Assembly (NCBI GenBank): GCA_018062385.1
Contig: JAGOSI010000001.1
Coordinates: forward strand, 5,904 to 69,903
From: Minisyncoccota bacterium
GTDB taxonomy: Bacteria; Patescibacteriota; Minisyncoccia; Phycocordibacterales; UBA918
Length of the DNA: 64,000 bases
Direction of reading: 5' to 3'
Positions 63,671-64,000 of the stretch are shown piece by piece. Both the position numbers and the translations under genes were made by a program. The notes beneath the pieces are model-generated. The model searched no databases. It was given only the letters and a program-made list of their open reading frames with translations, and had not been told where the DNA came from. How positions within the stretch are numbered: the first letter of the stretch is position 1; every line of letters starts with the position of its first letter.

Positions 63671-64000
63671 ATGATGTCTACAAATCGACAGAGTGGCTTT
63701 AGTTTGATTGAGATGATCGTTTCTCTTGGAGTTTTTTCAATTGTGATTACTACCGCGGTAGGAGCTCTCCTTGTGGTTATTGCTACCAATCAGCAGTTAC
63801 AAGCTGAGCAAACTGTAATGACTAATCTCGCTTTTGCGATGGACAGTATGACACGAGAAATGAGAACTGGGTATGGATATGTTTGTGCATCGGTTGCCAC
63901 ACGTAACGCTAGTGCTGGTTCATTTGGTAAAATCTTTGAGGACGGAGACAGTGCGCACGACAGCATGAGTACTACCACCAATAGCGATTGTGCTACTGCC
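63671..64000 (+). CDS. prepilin-type minor pilin, 5' partial (runs off window end; not in ORF track because it has no stop)
   Basis: ATG 63671: MMSTNRQSG|FSLIEMIVSLGVFSIVITTAVGALL...; open frame to 64000. Confidence 0.65.
   Translation, partial: MMSTNRQSGFSLIEMIVSLGVFSIVITTAVGALLVVIATNQQLQAEQTVMTNLAFAMDSMTREMRTGYGYVCASVATRNASAGSFGKIFEDGDSAHDSMSTTTNSDCATA

Noticed and set aside
63277-63981. ORFs 63277-63702 (+) and 63790-63981 (-)
   Set aside because: They are alternative-frame or antisense overlaps of the two prepilin-type minor pilin genes, which carry clear class III signal peptides. They are spurious.
1-64000. CRISPR array search (short direct repeats with unique spacers)
   Set aside because: No regularly spaced short repeats were found. 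The only periodic repeats are the three ~50-60 bp cassette repeats at 30890-32708, which are spaced ~800-950 bp apart and separated by genes.

Overview
AT-rich window with compact genes. No L30 gene between rpsE and rplO, a Zn-ribbon type S14, a short r-protein cluster after map, and a large type IV pilus locus together suggest a small-genome (possibly CPR/Patescibacteria-like) bacterium; this is inference.

Layout:
1. 1-14055: ribosomal protein S10/spc superoperon, rplB ... secY, broken into three transcription units. A 5.6-kb block sits between rplB and rpsS and encodes membrane proteins, an Lgt-family transferase, a Cys-rich radical SAM enzyme and a PG-binding acidic protein. The rpsS and rpsN units each restart from a near-identical TTGACT-N17-TACT(C/G)T promoter.
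2. 14127-17709: nucleotide kinase cluster (cmk-like, two tandem adk paralogs), map, a CsaA-like tRNA-binding protein, and a RelE/AbrB toxin-antitoxin pair.
3. 18026-30758: secreted low-complexity proteins, ndk, a beta-CASP RNase, rplT-rpmI-infC, a SET-domain protein, ackA-like kinase, a two-component histidine kinase with a CheY-like receiver, and a YceI-like protein.
4. 30801-33453: tmRNA gene ssrA on the minus strand at 33057-33453. Directly downstream of it is an array of three small integrase-less cassettes carrying an HD hydrolase, a HigBA-like toxin-antitoxin pair and a MORN/YwqK-like protein. Each cassette is delimited by a degenerate copy of the ssrA 3' end with its terminator and by a conserved ~50-bp direct repeat.
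5. 33682-44947: ybbA-ybbP-tesA-like genes, smpB, ftsH, and a MacAB/HlyD-like efflux set.
6. 44969-45041: a tRNA with a UAU anticodon, lying next to a 16S rRNA 3'-end-like fragment at 45158-45180.
7. 45361-53462: a large surface protein (CARDB/cadherin-like domains), recG, a frameshifted PEP-CTERM gene, malic enzyme, PCD and a methyltransferase. Two type-II tRNAs follow, one Ser(GCU) and one with an apparent ACU anticodon.
8. 53530-64000: type IV pilus locus: comF-like, pilM, pilN/pilO-like, pilB, a CheY-like receiver, pilT, pilC, pilin, pilD and minor pilins.

No CRISPR array and no rRNA gene are present. Hand-counted coordinates of non-CDS features may be off by a base or two.
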